DNA of 64,000 nucleotides from Candidatus Scalinduaceae bacterium (GCA_046759445.1 JBHICG010000007.1:1-64000); one strand, 5' to 3'. Positions 19,996-30,627 are shown, numbered from the stretch's first letter. Translations and numbers: made by a program. The notes: generated by a model from the sequence alone, not told the origin.

Positions 19996-20795
19996 TTGCC
20001 CACGGAATTTACGTTTCTATTGCTACAGGAAAAAATTGACAAGCTTAAGGATATTCATCTCTTTTCGGGAATCAACCAGAGCGAAGGTATTGAAATGATG
20101 AGATGGTTTGCCAAATTTAATTACGAAATAACATTTCGTTCTGACAGTCAGGTAACAGAAAGTGAAATAGTGGTATAGAAGACGCACGTTTTGTACGCTT
20201 TACTAACGACGATGGTGTTAAGATATTACCTCAAATGCTCGAGACAAAGGATTTTTTAACATTTAAGATGATCACGCTTAACGGCAAAGTATTACGGAAC
20301 AAAGGAATGGTACTTTTCCCGAGGCTTATTAATGGAAAATACGTTATGCTCTCCCGTCTGGACGGTGAAAACAATCACATTATGTTTTCAGACAATCTCC
20401 ATTTCTGGCAAGAGTCAAAAATTATACAGCCACCAACCCGTCCCTGGGAATTCGTACAAATTGGAAATTGTGGATCTCCTATTGAAATAGATGCGGGTTG
20501 GATTCTATTGATACATGGTGTAGGGCCTATGAAGAAATATTGCATTGGTATAGAATTGTTGGATTTGGTGGATCCAACCAAAATAATAGGTAGATTTGAA
20601 GAACCCATAATAGTCCCAAATGAAGAGGAAAGAGAAGGATATGTACCTAATGTAGTCTATTCCTGCGGAGCATTAATACATAATGACGAGTTAATTATTC
20701 CTTATGGGATGGCTGATTCAAAAACTACTATAGCAACCGTATCGGTTCCTGAGTTATTATCTCACATAATTCGGAGTTCTAACGGAAAAAGGTAG
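19996..20795 (+). pseudogene. Degraded GH130-family glycoside phosphorylase/glycosidase
   Basis: The intact C-terminal half (NKGMVLFP, QIGNCGSP, EREGYVPNVVYSCG) is preceded in frame by GIEDARFVRF; the upstream part is fragmented by frameshifts and deletions. Confidence 0.8.
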
Positions 20796-20950
20796 GGCAG
20801 ATGGCCATCATCGTGTTTCATCTACCTAATTTATCGAGGTAATTTTTTAAATCTGAAATGGTTTTGATATCTGTCTCCATTGCATGATTATGTCTCATTA
20901 TCAAGGCATAAATAGTCATTTTACACAATAATCTGAATAAACTTTTTAAT

Positions 20951-21694
20951 CTAGCTCCTTTTGAAGATTACTTCACCTATTTCTGCTGTATAGTGTATGC
21001 TCTTTTTACCCATTAACCAACTTTTAAATGAATTTAAACTCTCTTTAAACTCCTCTTCAGTATAGAGTTCAAAAGTCGAATATTTTTTATTGGTCGCCTC
21101 TGCCAAAATTTCCTCTTCTGTAGTTTGTTTTTCAAAACTCAACTCATTTATATCGTCCAAATCAAGTTCTTCAATCTTTTCTGCTACATCTATGAATTCT
21201 TCCTTATTGTACAACCTGTTTTCCTTTACAGCAAAATTTGGAAAGTTTTTCCCCCAAAAAGAACGCTTATTTTGTTCTCTAAATCTGCTAAAAACCACAT
21301 AACTTCCACCCTTTTTTAGAACACGAGCACATTCTTTAAGGCTCTTCATTAAATCGAAATGATGTATGGCATTTGTACTTATCAGAACATCAAAATATTC
21401 ATTTGGAAATGGCAAATTATGCACATCTGCCTCCAAAAATTTTACCTTGAGGTTATTATTTCTTGCCTTCTTATAAGCAATATTTAACATACCTAGAGAC
21501 ATATCAGATCCAAAAAGCTCAACATCAAACTTAACTGCAATGGGAATTAAAAATAAACCTGTCCCACAAGCTACATCTAATACTTTTGATCCTTTCCTTA
21601 CTAGGCTTTCCAGTGTTTTATAGAGAGGTTGTAATATTTCTCCACCTCTTAAATCATCATATTTAGATGAAATTGATACAAAATAATCTTTCAA
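20951..21694 (-). CDS. Class I SAM-dependent methyltransferase
   Basis: VLDVACGTG, GSDMS, ADVHNLPF, ARVLKKGG. Confidence 0.9.
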   Translation of the reverse strand: MKDYFVSISSKYDDLRGGEILQPLYKTLESLVRKGSKVLDVACGTGLFLIPIAVKFDVELFGSDMSLGMLNIAYKKARNNNLKVKFLEADVHNLPFPNEYFDVLISTNAIHHFDLMKSLKECARVLKKGGSYVVFSRFREQNKRSFWGKNFPNFAVKENRLYNKEEFIDVAEKIEELDLDDINELSFEKQTTEEEILAEATNKKYSTFELYTEEEFKESLNSFKSWLMGKKSIHYTAEIGEVIFKRS

Positions 21695-21782
21695 ACTTTT
21701 TAGATTCCTCTTCTAACATAAAATGAAATTCATTTGAAAAAAACACTTTTGGCACAAAACATGATAAGAATAATTGGGAAGA

Positions 21783-22916
21783 CTAATCAGGAGTGATTTT
21801 AACATTTTCACTATAATCAAAATCCTCAATCTTCTCGCCTCCAGTGATGAACTCTCTTACCATTTCCTTCGCAACAGTATCTGGATATTGTACTGGAGGA
21901 TGCTTCATTGTAAAGGCCGAGATGGCGATTAAGGGTCCACTAATCTTTCTATCCAGCGCTATCTTACAGCACCTGATGGCATCAATAGCCACACCGGCAC
22001 TATTGGGAGAATCTTCGACAGATAATCTAACCTCAATATTCATAGGAACGTTACCAAACATCCGACCTTCCATCCTTAAAAAGCAAACCTTGTTGTCATT
22101 TTGCCATGGAACATAATCGCTGGGACCTATGTGAATGTTTTCCGCTTCGAGCGGCATATCTAATTGTGATTGGACGGCTTCTGTTTTTGAGATTTTCTTG
22201 GAGCTAAGACGGCTTCTATTAAGCATGTTTAAAAAATCAGTGTTTCCTCCCGTATTAAGTTGATAAGTCCTATCTAGCTTTACACCACGGTCCCTAAAAA
22301 GTCTGGTTAGGGTCCTGTGAGTTATTGTGGCGCCAAGTTGTGCCTTAATATCATCACCTATAATGGGCAAACCTCTATTCCTAAACCTCTTAGCCCAGCT
22401 TTCATCTGATGCTATAAATACCGGTATATTATTTATAAAGGCAACACCAGCCTCCAGACAACATTCTGCATAAAATCTTGTTGCCTCTTCCGCGCCAACT
22501 GGTAAATAATTCAATAAAATATCTGCATTGCTAATCTTCAATTCCTTGACAACATCGCAAGGTTCTTCGCTAGAAGGTATAAAGGTTCTATCTTCAGGAT
22601 AGTCCTTCATATGATCAGATATACCATCAAGTACCTTTCCCATTTTGACGACTGTACCATTATTTTCAAGATCTTTCTTGAAAACCTTCGTATTATTAGG
22701 TTTTGCAAATATCGCTTCACTAATGCTTTTTCCAACCTTCCTTTTGTCTACATCAAATGCAGCAACTACCTCAATATCACCGGGCTTATAACCTCCAAGG
22801 TCATAATTCATCAAACCGATAGTATCGCTATTATATCGATAGTACTCAATCCCCTGAATCAACGAACTAGTACAATTGCCCACACCAACTATTGCTACCC
22901 TAATTTTATCCTGCAT
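21783..22916 (-). CDS. ino1: myo-inositol-1-phosphate synthase
   Basis: GVGNCTSSL, NYLPVG, IGDDIKAQLGAT, QLNTGGNTDF, SKKISKT, EDSPNSAG. Confidence 0.95.
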   Translation of the reverse strand: MQDKIRVAIVGVGNCTSSLIQGIEYYRYNSDTIGLMNYDLGGYKPGDIEVVAAFDVDKRKVGKSISEAIFAKPNNTKVFKKDLENNGTVVKMGKVLDGISDHMKDYPEDRTFIPSSEEPCDVVKELKISNADILLNYLPVGAEEATRFYAECCLEAGVAFINNIPVFIASDESWAKRFRNRGLPIIGDDIKAQLGATITHRTLTRLFRDRGVKLDRTYQLNTGGNTDFLNMLNRSRLSSKKISKTEAVQSQLDMPLEAENIHIGPSDYVPWQNDNKVCFLRMEGRMFGNVPMNIEVRLSVEDSPNSAGVAIDAIRCCKIALDRKISGPLIAISAFTMKHPPVQYPDTVAKEMVREFITGGEKIEDFDYSENVKITPD

Positions 22917-23458
22917 AATAATTTCGAAACCTCCTTTCTACTGTCGTAAAACACTTCTACGTCTATGACAAAAATCCAAGTGACCATGACTCCTTATCTT
23001 AGGACGAGTCATATAGTCTGGCAATAATTTTTAGTTAACCAATAGATTCGTCTAATCTTTAACCTAAGTTGAGCATTCCAGTTTAAATGGTTTTTGTTAT
23101 AGGTATTTTCATAACCCGAAGCCCTTTTTCAAACACTCGTAAAAAGTTCACGAATTTTGCGAAATGATAACATAAACATTTGTTATTCTCAAGACTTTTC
23201 CAAGAAATAAAGTGATACGGAAAGAAAATAGATTAAACATATTATGAATTTGCGAAATTATTATCATTTTCAGCATTTCAAAGTACGCAAATCCTAACTT
23301 TTTCTTTTCTCCAGCCACCTCCCAAGATAAAAAACTGCAATACCCAATCCTACACAAATAAGTTCCATGTTCATAGAATGTTTGGCAATGCCTAGATAAA
23401 GACCTTCAATTAATAAAAGCATGCCCAAAATCTGAAAAAACTTTGGAATAATCACCAA

Positions 23459-24415
23459 TCAGGCCCTTCCATGAGCTAATTCGGATAAATGTTTTACCCT
23501 TTTAACCATATTTGGGTGTGTACTCAAGATCTCCATAAATTTATCAGAGGTGCTGATCTTTACATCCTTAGAACCCAATGATTTAAGTTCGGCTGCGTCA
23601 ATGGTACCACTCATATCGAGATCAACCTGCCTTAATTCTCTAAGTTCATTTGCGGCTCTGGAAGGGTCATTTGCAAAGAAGGCCTTGTAGCCCTCAATTT
23701 GCTTCAATGATTCCTTTGATACCCTGGCATTCCCATATACTAATTTGTACAGTGCAGTAGCCATGTCGTGAGGAGTATTCCCGAGTTTTATACTTCCGCG
23801 GTCCGCATAGTATTCCCTTATCCTTGAGGCATATAACACCAACAGGTTAGTAATAAAATAAAATACAAATGCCGCAATACCTATAAGGACTGTATTACCT
23901 CTATCCCTGCCTCTCATAAACATAAAATTCCAGGCAACGTACCAGAGTATCATAGGTATTACTGAAAGCATTGTAATGGTTGCTACATCGTGATTCCTTA
24001 AGTGTGAAATTTCATGACCCAAAACCGCCTTGAGTTCTTCCCTGCTTAAAAGCTTCATAATTGGCTCAGTTACGCACACCCTGCCATCCTTACCCCATCT
24101 ACCAAAGGCAAATGCATTTGGAATATTCATTCTCGAAATGCCAACCCTTGGTTTATATATGCCTGCCTTTTGCGCAAGTTCTCCAATCATGCTATGCAAT
24201 TCAGGAGCCTCTTGCTCAGACACATATCTCACACCCATTGACCACTCCACCATCTTTGGGCCTATCATATACTGAACAAAAGTCATGCCTCCGGCAAGAA
24301 CGGCATAAAACATAAAACCCGAGATACCCATCACGTGGGCTATCATTACTATTACCGAGTAAACAATACCAAACATCACAGTAAGTAGAAGGTAAAGTCT
24401 AATTCTTAACCACAT
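23459..24415 (-). CDS. htpX: Zn-dependent membrane protease, M48 family (HtpX-like)
   Basis: PNAFAFG, HEISH, SRIREYYAD, STHP. Confidence 0.9.
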   Translation of the reverse strand: MWLRIRLYLLLTVMFGIVYSVIVMIAHVMGISGFMFYAVLAGGMTFVQYMIGPKMVEWSMGVRYVSEQEAPELHSMIGELAQKAGIYKPRVGISRMNIPNAFAFGRWGKDGRVCVTEPIMKLLSREELKAVLGHEISHLRNHDVATITMLSVIPMILWYVAWNFMFMRGRDRGNTVLIGIAAFVFYFITNLLVLYASRIREYYADRGSIKLGNTPHDMATALYKLVYGNARVSKESLKQIEGYKAFFANDPSRAANELRELRQVDLDMSGTIDAAELKSLGSKDVKISTSDKFMEILSTHPNMVKRVKHLSELAHGRA

Positions 24416-24516
24416 TTTTTTATCTCCTTAAATGTTTTGGAAATTCTATAAGCCCGATACTCATTCTGGCGGGTTTGTAATTAAACCACTCAATTGTGAG
24501 TACAGTGAACTAATTT

Positions 24517-24544
24517 ATTATATTATCATGTAGGTCCTTGTCAA
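24517..24544 (-). promoter_or_regulatory. Sigma70-type promoter for htpX
   Basis: TTGACA-16 nt-TATAAT on the minus strand. Confidence 0.6.
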
Positions 24545-24560
24545 TGTCTAGAAAATCTTT

Positions 24561-26051
24561 CTAAATCTTTTCTGCTACTTCAATGGCCTTAAGCAATCCC
24601 TTTGCCTTATTAAGGGTTTCCTGGTATTCACTCTCGGGAAGAGAGTCAGCAACTATACCGGCGCCTGCTTGAATATATACATCCTTGCTATTCTTTAAGA
24701 TAATAGTCCGTATAGTAATGCACGTATTCATATCACCAAAAAAATCTATATGTCCTGCCGCACCACCATAGGGTCCCCGTCGCGTGGGTTCCAGTTCATC
24801 TATTATTTCCATTGCCCTTATCTTTGGGGCACCAGATAAAGTGCCTGCAGGCAAGCATGCCTTTAAGCTATCAAAGGCGTTTTTATCATTCCTTAATTTT
24901 CCGCTGACACTAGAAGTAATATGCATTACATGAGAGTATTTTTCTATTACCATCTTTTCGTCTATTACCACGCTACCATATTGTGCAACCCTGCCAACAT
25001 CATTTCTGCCCAGGTCAAGTAGCATAATATGTTCAGCACGCTCTTTTGTATCAGATAACAACTCCTTTGCTAACAATTCATCTTCTTCAATGGTATGACC
25101 ACGCCGTCGCGTTCCAGCAATGGGTCTTACATTGACCTTTCCACCTTCCGCTTTTACCATTACTTCAGGAGATGAACCTATTAGTTCCAATTCCTTCATT
25201 TTTATATAAAACATATAAGGAGATGGATTAATAACCCTTAACGTACGGTAGATATTGATTGGTGTTGCAATTGTTTGAGTTTGTAGGCGTTGCGAGATAA
25301 CAGCCTGTATTATGTCCCCTGCACGAATGTACTCTTTACAGGTTTCCACTGCCTTTAAGAAATCCAACTTTTTAAAATTTGATGAAAATCTTTTCTTCGT
25401 CTCGCCCCATTCTGTTATATCATCGCTTAATTCCATTACGGGGGTTCGCAGTTTTCTTATAAGATAATTTATCTTATCAATTGCATTTTGATATACAGCC
25501 TTGATGTCTCTCCCGTCCAGATAAACGGCGGATACCACTTTTATTGTCTTATTTAAATGGTCAAATATAATCAATGCATCGTAAAACATAAAGTATATAT
25601 CTGGCAAATTCAAATCGTCAACGGTTGAATTTGGTAAATTTTCCACATAGCGGACGGAATCATAAGACATGTATCCCACTGCCCCTCCAAAGAAATTTGG
25701 CAAGCCCTCAACATGTACGGGAGAAAATTTTTTTATCTGTTTTTCAAGTTCTTTAAAAGGGTCAACGGATTCAAAGCACGATTTTTCACCAGTATTGAAA
25801 ATCTCTACATTAGCTCCCTGACATTTGAATCCCATAAACGGGTTACTTCCCAAAAAGGAATACCTTGCTATCTTTTCACCACCATCTGCACTTTCTAAAA
25901 GGAATGCGTAATCATTACTTGATATCTTTTGAAATGCAGAGACTGGAGTCAGTGTATCAGCAAAGAGTTGACGATACACGGGCACAACGTTTCCCTTCTT
26001 AGAAAGTTCTTTAAACTCTTCGTATGTTGGATAATAGTTTTTCATGCTCAT
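24561..26051 (-). CDS. trpE: Anthranilate synthase component I
   Basis: DTLTPV, FLLES, NPSPYM, SSPE, PIAGTRRRG, EHIMLLDLGRND, PAGTLSGAPK. Confidence 0.95.
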   Translation of the reverse strand: MSMKNYYPTYEEFKELSKKGNVVPVYRQLFADTLTPVSAFQKISSNDYAFLLESADGGEKIARYSFLGSNPFMGFKCQGANVEIFNTGEKSCFESVDPFKELEKQIKKFSPVHVEGLPNFFGGAVGYMSYDSVRYVENLPNSTVDDLNLPDIYFMFYDALIIFDHLNKTIKVVSAVYLDGRDIKAVYQNAIDKINYLIRKLRTPVMELSDDITEWGETKKRFSSNFKKLDFLKAVETCKEYIRAGDIIQAVISQRLQTQTIATPINIYRTLRVINPSPYMFYIKMKELELIGSSPEVMVKAEGGKVNVRPIAGTRRRGHTIEEDELLAKELLSDTKERAEHIMLLDLGRNDVGRVAQYGSVVIDEKMVIEKYSHVMHITSSVSGKLRNDKNAFDSLKACLPAGTLSGAPKIRAMEIIDELEPTRRGPYGGAAGHIDFFGDMNTCITIRTIILKNSKDVYIQAGAGIVADSLPESEYQETLNKAKGLLKAIEVAEKI

Positions 26052-26122
26052 AATTTCTGCTTGACTTTGTGAAATTTTTATAAATAATTATAAGATACTA
26101 TCTGTACTATCATTAAGACTTA

Positions 26123-26151
26123 ATGTTATCGACTCCAGTTTTTTATGTCAA
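26123..26151 (-). promoter_or_regulatory. Sigma70-type promoter for trpE
   Basis: TTGACA-17 nt-TAACAT on the minus strand. Confidence 0.55.
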
Positions 26152-26190
26152 GGTAACAATATCTAATATGACAACAGTTTCCACATAATC

Positions 26191-26610
26191 ATGACACAAC
26201 AGCAAGAAGAAGCTCAAGTAGATGAAGTAGTCGATGAGGTGCATTTAACAGAAGAAGAATCTCCTTATGGAGTTTTCATCTTCGGTAAAAAGATTGAGGG
26301 TGGCTTCGCTAAATTTATAACTGCATTATTCACAATATTTTTACTACCCCTCATCTTTTTATTCGGATTATTAATAATAACAAGTATTGTATTACTTGCT
26401 TTTCCTGCAATTGCCGCTGCTATGCTAATTGCCTTACCTATTGTACTGATTTTCCTCTGTATTCTACTCATAGCATTGCCCGTTATAGTACCTCTTGTTA
26501 CAGTTATTTCACTTATCACTGACAGGGGAAAAGTATATTTAGGTTTAAAGAATAAAAAATTTGCAATAAAGGTTCTCGGTATAACCTTTCCGCCACATGC
26601 GGATCGTTAG
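26191..26610 (+). CDS. Hypothetical membrane protein
   Basis: Acidic N-terminus followed by a ~65-residue uninterrupted hydrophobic, proline-punctuated segment. Confidence 0.7.
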   Translation: MTQQQEEAQVDEVVDEVHLTEEESPYGVFIFGKKIEGGFAKFITALFTIFLLPLIFLFGLLIITSIVLLAFPAIAAAMLIALPIVLIFLCILLIALPVIVPLVTVISLITDRGKVYLGLKNKKFAIKVLGITFPPHADR

Positions 26611-26689
26611 TGCTATTGCAGTTATAACAGAACCCGCAGCCAATCTGCTGATAATAGGATATGGTTAATACTTAAAAAAGAGTGTTAAA

Positions 26690-27877
26690 ATGGATAAATA
26701 TTTTGAGCCAAAAGGCAAGAAAAAGCGTTTTCCAAAGAAAACAATTTTCATTCTCATACCAGTAATCCTAATAATCATACTAATAGTATTAGGTGGACGA
26801 AGGTTAACGTGGGTAGAGATCCAGGCTGATCAGGTTGCCGTAATCATCAATAATCTTACTGGCAATATAAGAACCATAGACCGTGCCGGCGCTGTAATTT
26901 TCTATCCTTTCATACAAGATCTGTACATCCTTGACAAGAGTGAGCAGGCAGCTCCAATGCATTCAGCGAATATATCAGCAGATTACCCGCAGGGTAATCC
27001 TGTTATCCTTAAGACGCGGGATGGAGGTGACGTTAGTCTTGATTTAATCATTCAATACGCAATAGTTCCAAAAATGGCAGATACAATCGTTCAAAATACA
27101 GGCACAGGCGATGTATATAGAGAAGTATGGATATGGGACTATGCAAAAACAATCTGCCGATATGAATTTGGGGAATTAAGGATAGACGAGTTTCCTGATG
27201 CCAATAAGAGGATTCAAAAAACAAAGGAAGCAAAAGAAGAACTAAATAGACTATTAAATCGACACGGAATATTTATAACGGCTTTGAACTTTATTGACTA
27301 CCGCTATTACAGGGAATACGCAGAGAAGATCCAGGAAAGAAGGATTGCTGACAAAGAGGTTGAGGAACAGTTTCGCAGGGGAGAGGCGGCCAAAGAAAAT
27401 CAGAAAAGGGTGGTCACCATGGAAACAAAAAAACTGGATGTAGCGGTATCCAGATTTAGAGGACAATTATACAACATGGAGATAGACGCAAAAGCAAAAG
27501 CAGAAAAAATCAAGCAGGAAGGAATTGCATATATGCTCAAGGCAACGCGGGATGCTGATGCGGAATACGAAAGATTAAAGAAGGGGGCGGAGGCAGTACT
27601 TGCCGTCAGAGAAGCTGAGGCAGCGGGTATCTTTGCATTAAGAGATGCGCTTGAGGGTGCAGGAGGCCGTAACCTGGTCAAACTGGAATACGCAAAGAGA
27701 TTGCGTGAGGCAAAGATAATAGGAACACCAGTCATAAGGGCCGCGGAGGAAATACCACAACTTAGAATAAGGGAAAGAGAACAACAGCTTCGGGCGATGG
27801 AATTAATGCCACCACCGGCGGAAGAAGAGGGGAAACCGCCTCTTGAAAAGGAGGAGAAGCCTCCCGGAAAAAAATAG
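26690..27877 (+). CDS. SPFH/band-7 domain membrane protein
   Basis: N-terminal TM, LKTRDGGDVSLDLIIQY core, Ala/Glu-rich coiled coil. Confidence 0.85.
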   Translation: MDKYFEPKGKKKRFPKKTIFILIPVILIIILIVLGGRRLTWVEIQADQVAVIINNLTGNIRTIDRAGAVIFYPFIQDLYILDKSEQAAPMHSANISADYPQGNPVILKTRDGGDVSLDLIIQYAIVPKMADTIVQNTGTGDVYREVWIWDYAKTICRYEFGELRIDEFPDANKRIQKTKEAKEELNRLLNRHGIFITALNFIDYRYYREYAEKIQERRIADKEVEEQFRRGEAAKENQKRVVTMETKKLDVAVSRFRGQLYNMEIDAKAKAEKIKQEGIAYMLKATRDADAEYERLKKGAEAVLAVREAEAAGIFALRDALEGAGGRNLVKLEYAKRLREAKIIGTPVIRAAEEIPQLRIREREQQLRAMELMPPPAEEEGKPPLEKEEKPPGKK

Positions 27878-27904
27878 AATATAATTTACGATTTCAGAAT
27901 TATT

Positions 27905-28016
27905 GTAATAGTTCACCGCAAAGCTCGCAAAGTTGTTATTTTTTAAAAGTAAATGATGAAAATTGCGGATTCGGCAAGCTCACCACCATGAGTTTATCGA
28001 AGGGCTGAATAATTAT
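27905..28016. repeat. TIR-bounded composite element (gtaatagttca family) containing a ttcggcaagctca-type hairpin
   Basis: The first 19 nt, gtaatagttcaccgcaaag, are identical to 42660-42678; degenerate right end gctgaataattat. Confidence 0.6.
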
Positions 28017-28087
28017 GTTGTTTTGTCTTTGAAGTCTTTAATGGAGCAGTAAAAATAGATACCGGTTAGTATCAGGAGAGTGAAATA

Positions 28088-29452
28088 ATGTTAAAGTTCC
28101 TGGCAATGTTTTTAGCCAAATATTTTATACCCTTAAGTATCCTGGTAGCTATAATTGTTATTATCGTTGGTATAAGGTTTGCGATCGTAAAGGTAGGGGT
28201 TGACCAGGTAGGGGTTAGAACAGTAGTATGGGGTGTTAAAAGAGGCGTTGTGCAGAGGGATTACGGCCCTGGCTGGCACAGATATATAAGGAAAGCTGAA
28301 AAATGGGACTTGTTTGACGCTACCGTACAAACTTTTAACCTTACAAGAGAAGCACGTACAAAAGACGGAAAGATCGAATCCAGAGAGTTCCCTATAAGGA
28401 CAGCGGATGACTACAACGTTACAGTAGATATGATTATTAAATATCAAATAAAGAAGGGAAAGGCATACAGGATTAGTCAGGAAATCGGTCCGGGTGATAG
28501 ATATAAAGGCTTTTTAATAAGTGATGTTTATGAAGTGGCAAGAAATGTCCTGGGAAAGATGACAGAAAAAGACCTTTACAATCCTGATGAGAAACGTAGG
28601 AGAGCCGAAGAGGCAAAGCAACTACTTATAAGCAGGGCCGAGCTACGACATGTTGACATCATAGACTGGCTTATACTGGATATGAGGTTCGACCCGCAGT
28701 TGGAGAGAAAAATCAAAAACGTAAAACTTGCGGAATTAGATGAGCTATTAAATATATCAAAGGAAAGGGCCGTTAACCAAAGAGGTATTACCCAGACCAT
28801 AGACGCTACCACAGAAGCCCTTGCAGAAAAGATACAGTCTAATAAGGAAGGAAAGATCGTATCGCTGAATGCGGGAATGGTAACCAAAGTTACCGAAATC
28901 CTTGCAGACGCCAACAAGTTCTTAATAGAAAAGAAGGCAAAGGGAGACCTTTATAAGGAGGAAAGACGGGCGGCTGGCGAATTACTCGTTGCAAGGGCAA
29001 AAGCAGAGGGCGAAAGACTGCGAAGAAAAGCCATGGCCGGTGCGGGTGGAGACTTGATAGTAGCGCTTGAAGCTGCTAGGAACATAAACCTGGATGATGT
29101 GGTAATATCAACCCAGATCATAGACCTATTGGATATAGAAAAAATGGTGGACAAATTGGGAGTAGTAGTAAAAAAGAAAAAAGCATTGAAAGAGAAAGAG
29201 AAGGTGGAATTGAGAAAGAAATCGGAGAGAGAGGATTTTTTCAAGTTACCAAGAAAAATGCCAAAAGATTTGAAGATTCCTAAAGAACTAGAAAAGGAAT
29301 TTAAAAAAGCTAAACCAGAAATGCCTGATGAGTTAGAAAAGAAGATCGAAGAGGAGTGGGAAGCCCTTACTGAAGAAGTACCTGAAGAAATGGAAAAAAA
29401 AATGGAAGAAGAATGGAAAGGGAATATCAAAGAATATCCTGTCACTCAGTAG
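28088..29452 (+). CDS. SPFH/band-7 domain membrane protein with a charged repetitive tail
   Basis: N-terminal TM, YGPGWH, IRTADDYNVTVDMIIKY, coiled coil. Confidence 0.85.
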   Translation: MLKFLAMFLAKYFIPLSILVAIIVIIVGIRFAIVKVGVDQVGVRTVVWGVKRGVVQRDYGPGWHRYIRKAEKWDLFDATVQTFNLTREARTKDGKIESREFPIRTADDYNVTVDMIIKYQIKKGKAYRISQEIGPGDRYKGFLISDVYEVARNVLGKMTEKDLYNPDEKRRRAEEAKQLLISRAELRHVDIIDWLILDMRFDPQLERKIKNVKLAELDELLNISKERAVNQRGITQTIDATTEALAEKIQSNKEGKIVSLNAGMVTKVTEILADANKFLIEKKAKGDLYKEERRAAGELLVARAKAEGERLRRKAMAGAGGDLIVALEAARNINLDDVVISTQIIDLLDIEKMVDKLGVVVKKKKALKEKEKVELRKKSEREDFFKLPRKMPKDLKIPKELEKEFKKAKPEMPDELEKKIEEEWEALTEEVPEEMEKKMEEEWKGNIKEYPVTQ

Positions 29453-29513
29453 CGGAAGGCTTTAGCCTTCCATTATCATATAGCAATCATGGAAACCTGA
29501 AGGTTTCCGCTAC
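29449..29513. repeat. GTAG-footed REP-like inverted pair
   Basis: gtagcGGAAGGCtttaGCCTTCC ... tggaaacctgaaggtttccgctac; sister of 272-378. Confidence 0.85.
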
Positions 29514-29535
29514 TTCTTGATAAATGAGATTGCGT

Positions 29536-29945
29536 TCAGTAAAAGCTCTTAAACGCAATCTCATACCTGGCAATATCAACGGGGTGTACGCCAGTAATTA
29601 TTTCTTCAGAAGGTTTTCTACCTTCACACTTAAACAGTCTGACTCCAAAATTTACGATACTATAAACTTCCTAGACTTATTCATATTCTACCCTTTACCA
29701 AAGAAGAACCAAGAGACTTAAACACTACGTTTTTTGAAAAGAACCATTTCCTTAATATCTACAGTTTCTATAGTATCAGGAACGTTTTCTGTAGGTATTT
29801 CTGCTTTTTCAGTTGATGCTTCCTGAGAGAAAATTACCTCTTTTTTCACTCTATATTTTTTCTATTTTTCCTACTTTTGGTATTTCTTCTACTTTCTCCA
29901 ATTTGGCTTCTTGATTTTCTTCAAATTCTTTCACTTTAGTTAGAA
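29536..29945 (-). pseudogene. Decayed paralog of the 44900-46351 gene
   Basis: Minus strand reads ...KPSEEIITGVHPVDIARYEIAFKSFY* vs KPFEEIITGVRPFDIARYEIAFKESY*; upstream FKNVVFKSLGSS vs FIKNVEFKPFGSS. Confidence 0.85.
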
Positions 29946-30123
29946 CTATCATGAACGTTTCTTATAAGAAGTAAATTAAAAAATGTTTTGAAATTTTACA
30001 GATTTTTGTTTTAATACTCGTTTTAGTTTAAATAGTAAAAGCTGTAATCAATGTTTTCTTGTTCTCATTGCTGAAAAGAGGGATATGATGTTGGTTTTTT
30101 ATGCTTTTAAAGGAGGTTAGGAT

Positions 30124-30627
30124 ATGAGTTTTTTAATAACTACCATAGCAATGTTTATATTTTGGATACTTCTTTCCGGGGAGTTTACTTTTATCCTTAT
30201 AACTTCAGGGGTCATAGCAAGTCTTATTGTTGCGTACCTTTCACATGATATTTTTATAGGGAAGGCTGATTTAAAAACTGAAACCGGAAGGGTGTTCAAG
30301 TTTATTAAGTATGTACCCTGGCTGCTGTGGGAAATTATCCTGGCAAATGTTGAAATTGCATATCTTGTCCTTAACCCAAAGCCGCTGGTAGATCCGCAGC
30401 TTGTCCGTTTTAAACCCGATCTAAAAACAGACCTTGGGATTGTAACCCTTGCCCACTCGATAACACTTACACCCGGTACGGTAACAGTTGAGGCAAACAA
30501 GGAAGAATTTGTCATCCATGCAATCTGGCAGAAATCAGCCGAAGGTATCATAAGCGGAGAAATGCAACGAAAGGTAAAGGAGATAGAGGGAGAGGTAAAG
30601 GAGTTAGAGGGGGGAGAAAGTGTTTGA
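30124..30627 (+). CDS. mrpE: Mrp Na+/H+ antiporter subunit E
   Basis: LAHSITLTPGTVTV, FVIHAI. Confidence 0.93.
   Translation: MSFLITTIAMFIFWILLSGEFTFILITSGVIASLIVAYLSHDIFIGKADLKTETGRVFKFIKYVPWLLWEIILANVEIAYLVLNPKPLVDPQLVRFKPDLKTDLGIVTLAHSITLTPGTVTVEANKEEFVIHAIWQKSAEGIISGEMQRKVKEIEGEVKELEGGESV

Noticed and set aside
21749..21766. Sigma54 promoter (TTGGCAC)
   Set aside because: The -12 element is ATGA rather than TTGC, and it points away from the adjacent gene starts
28951..29445. Long antisense ORFs (also 5430-5978, 30117-30656, 41788-42195)
   Set aside because: Shadow frames of well-supported genes on the opposite strand
29536..29660. Possible DGR template/variable repeat pair with 44900-45020
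   Set aside because: Mismatches involve all four bases rather than template adenines only, and no reverse transcriptase is present; ordinary paralog decay fits better
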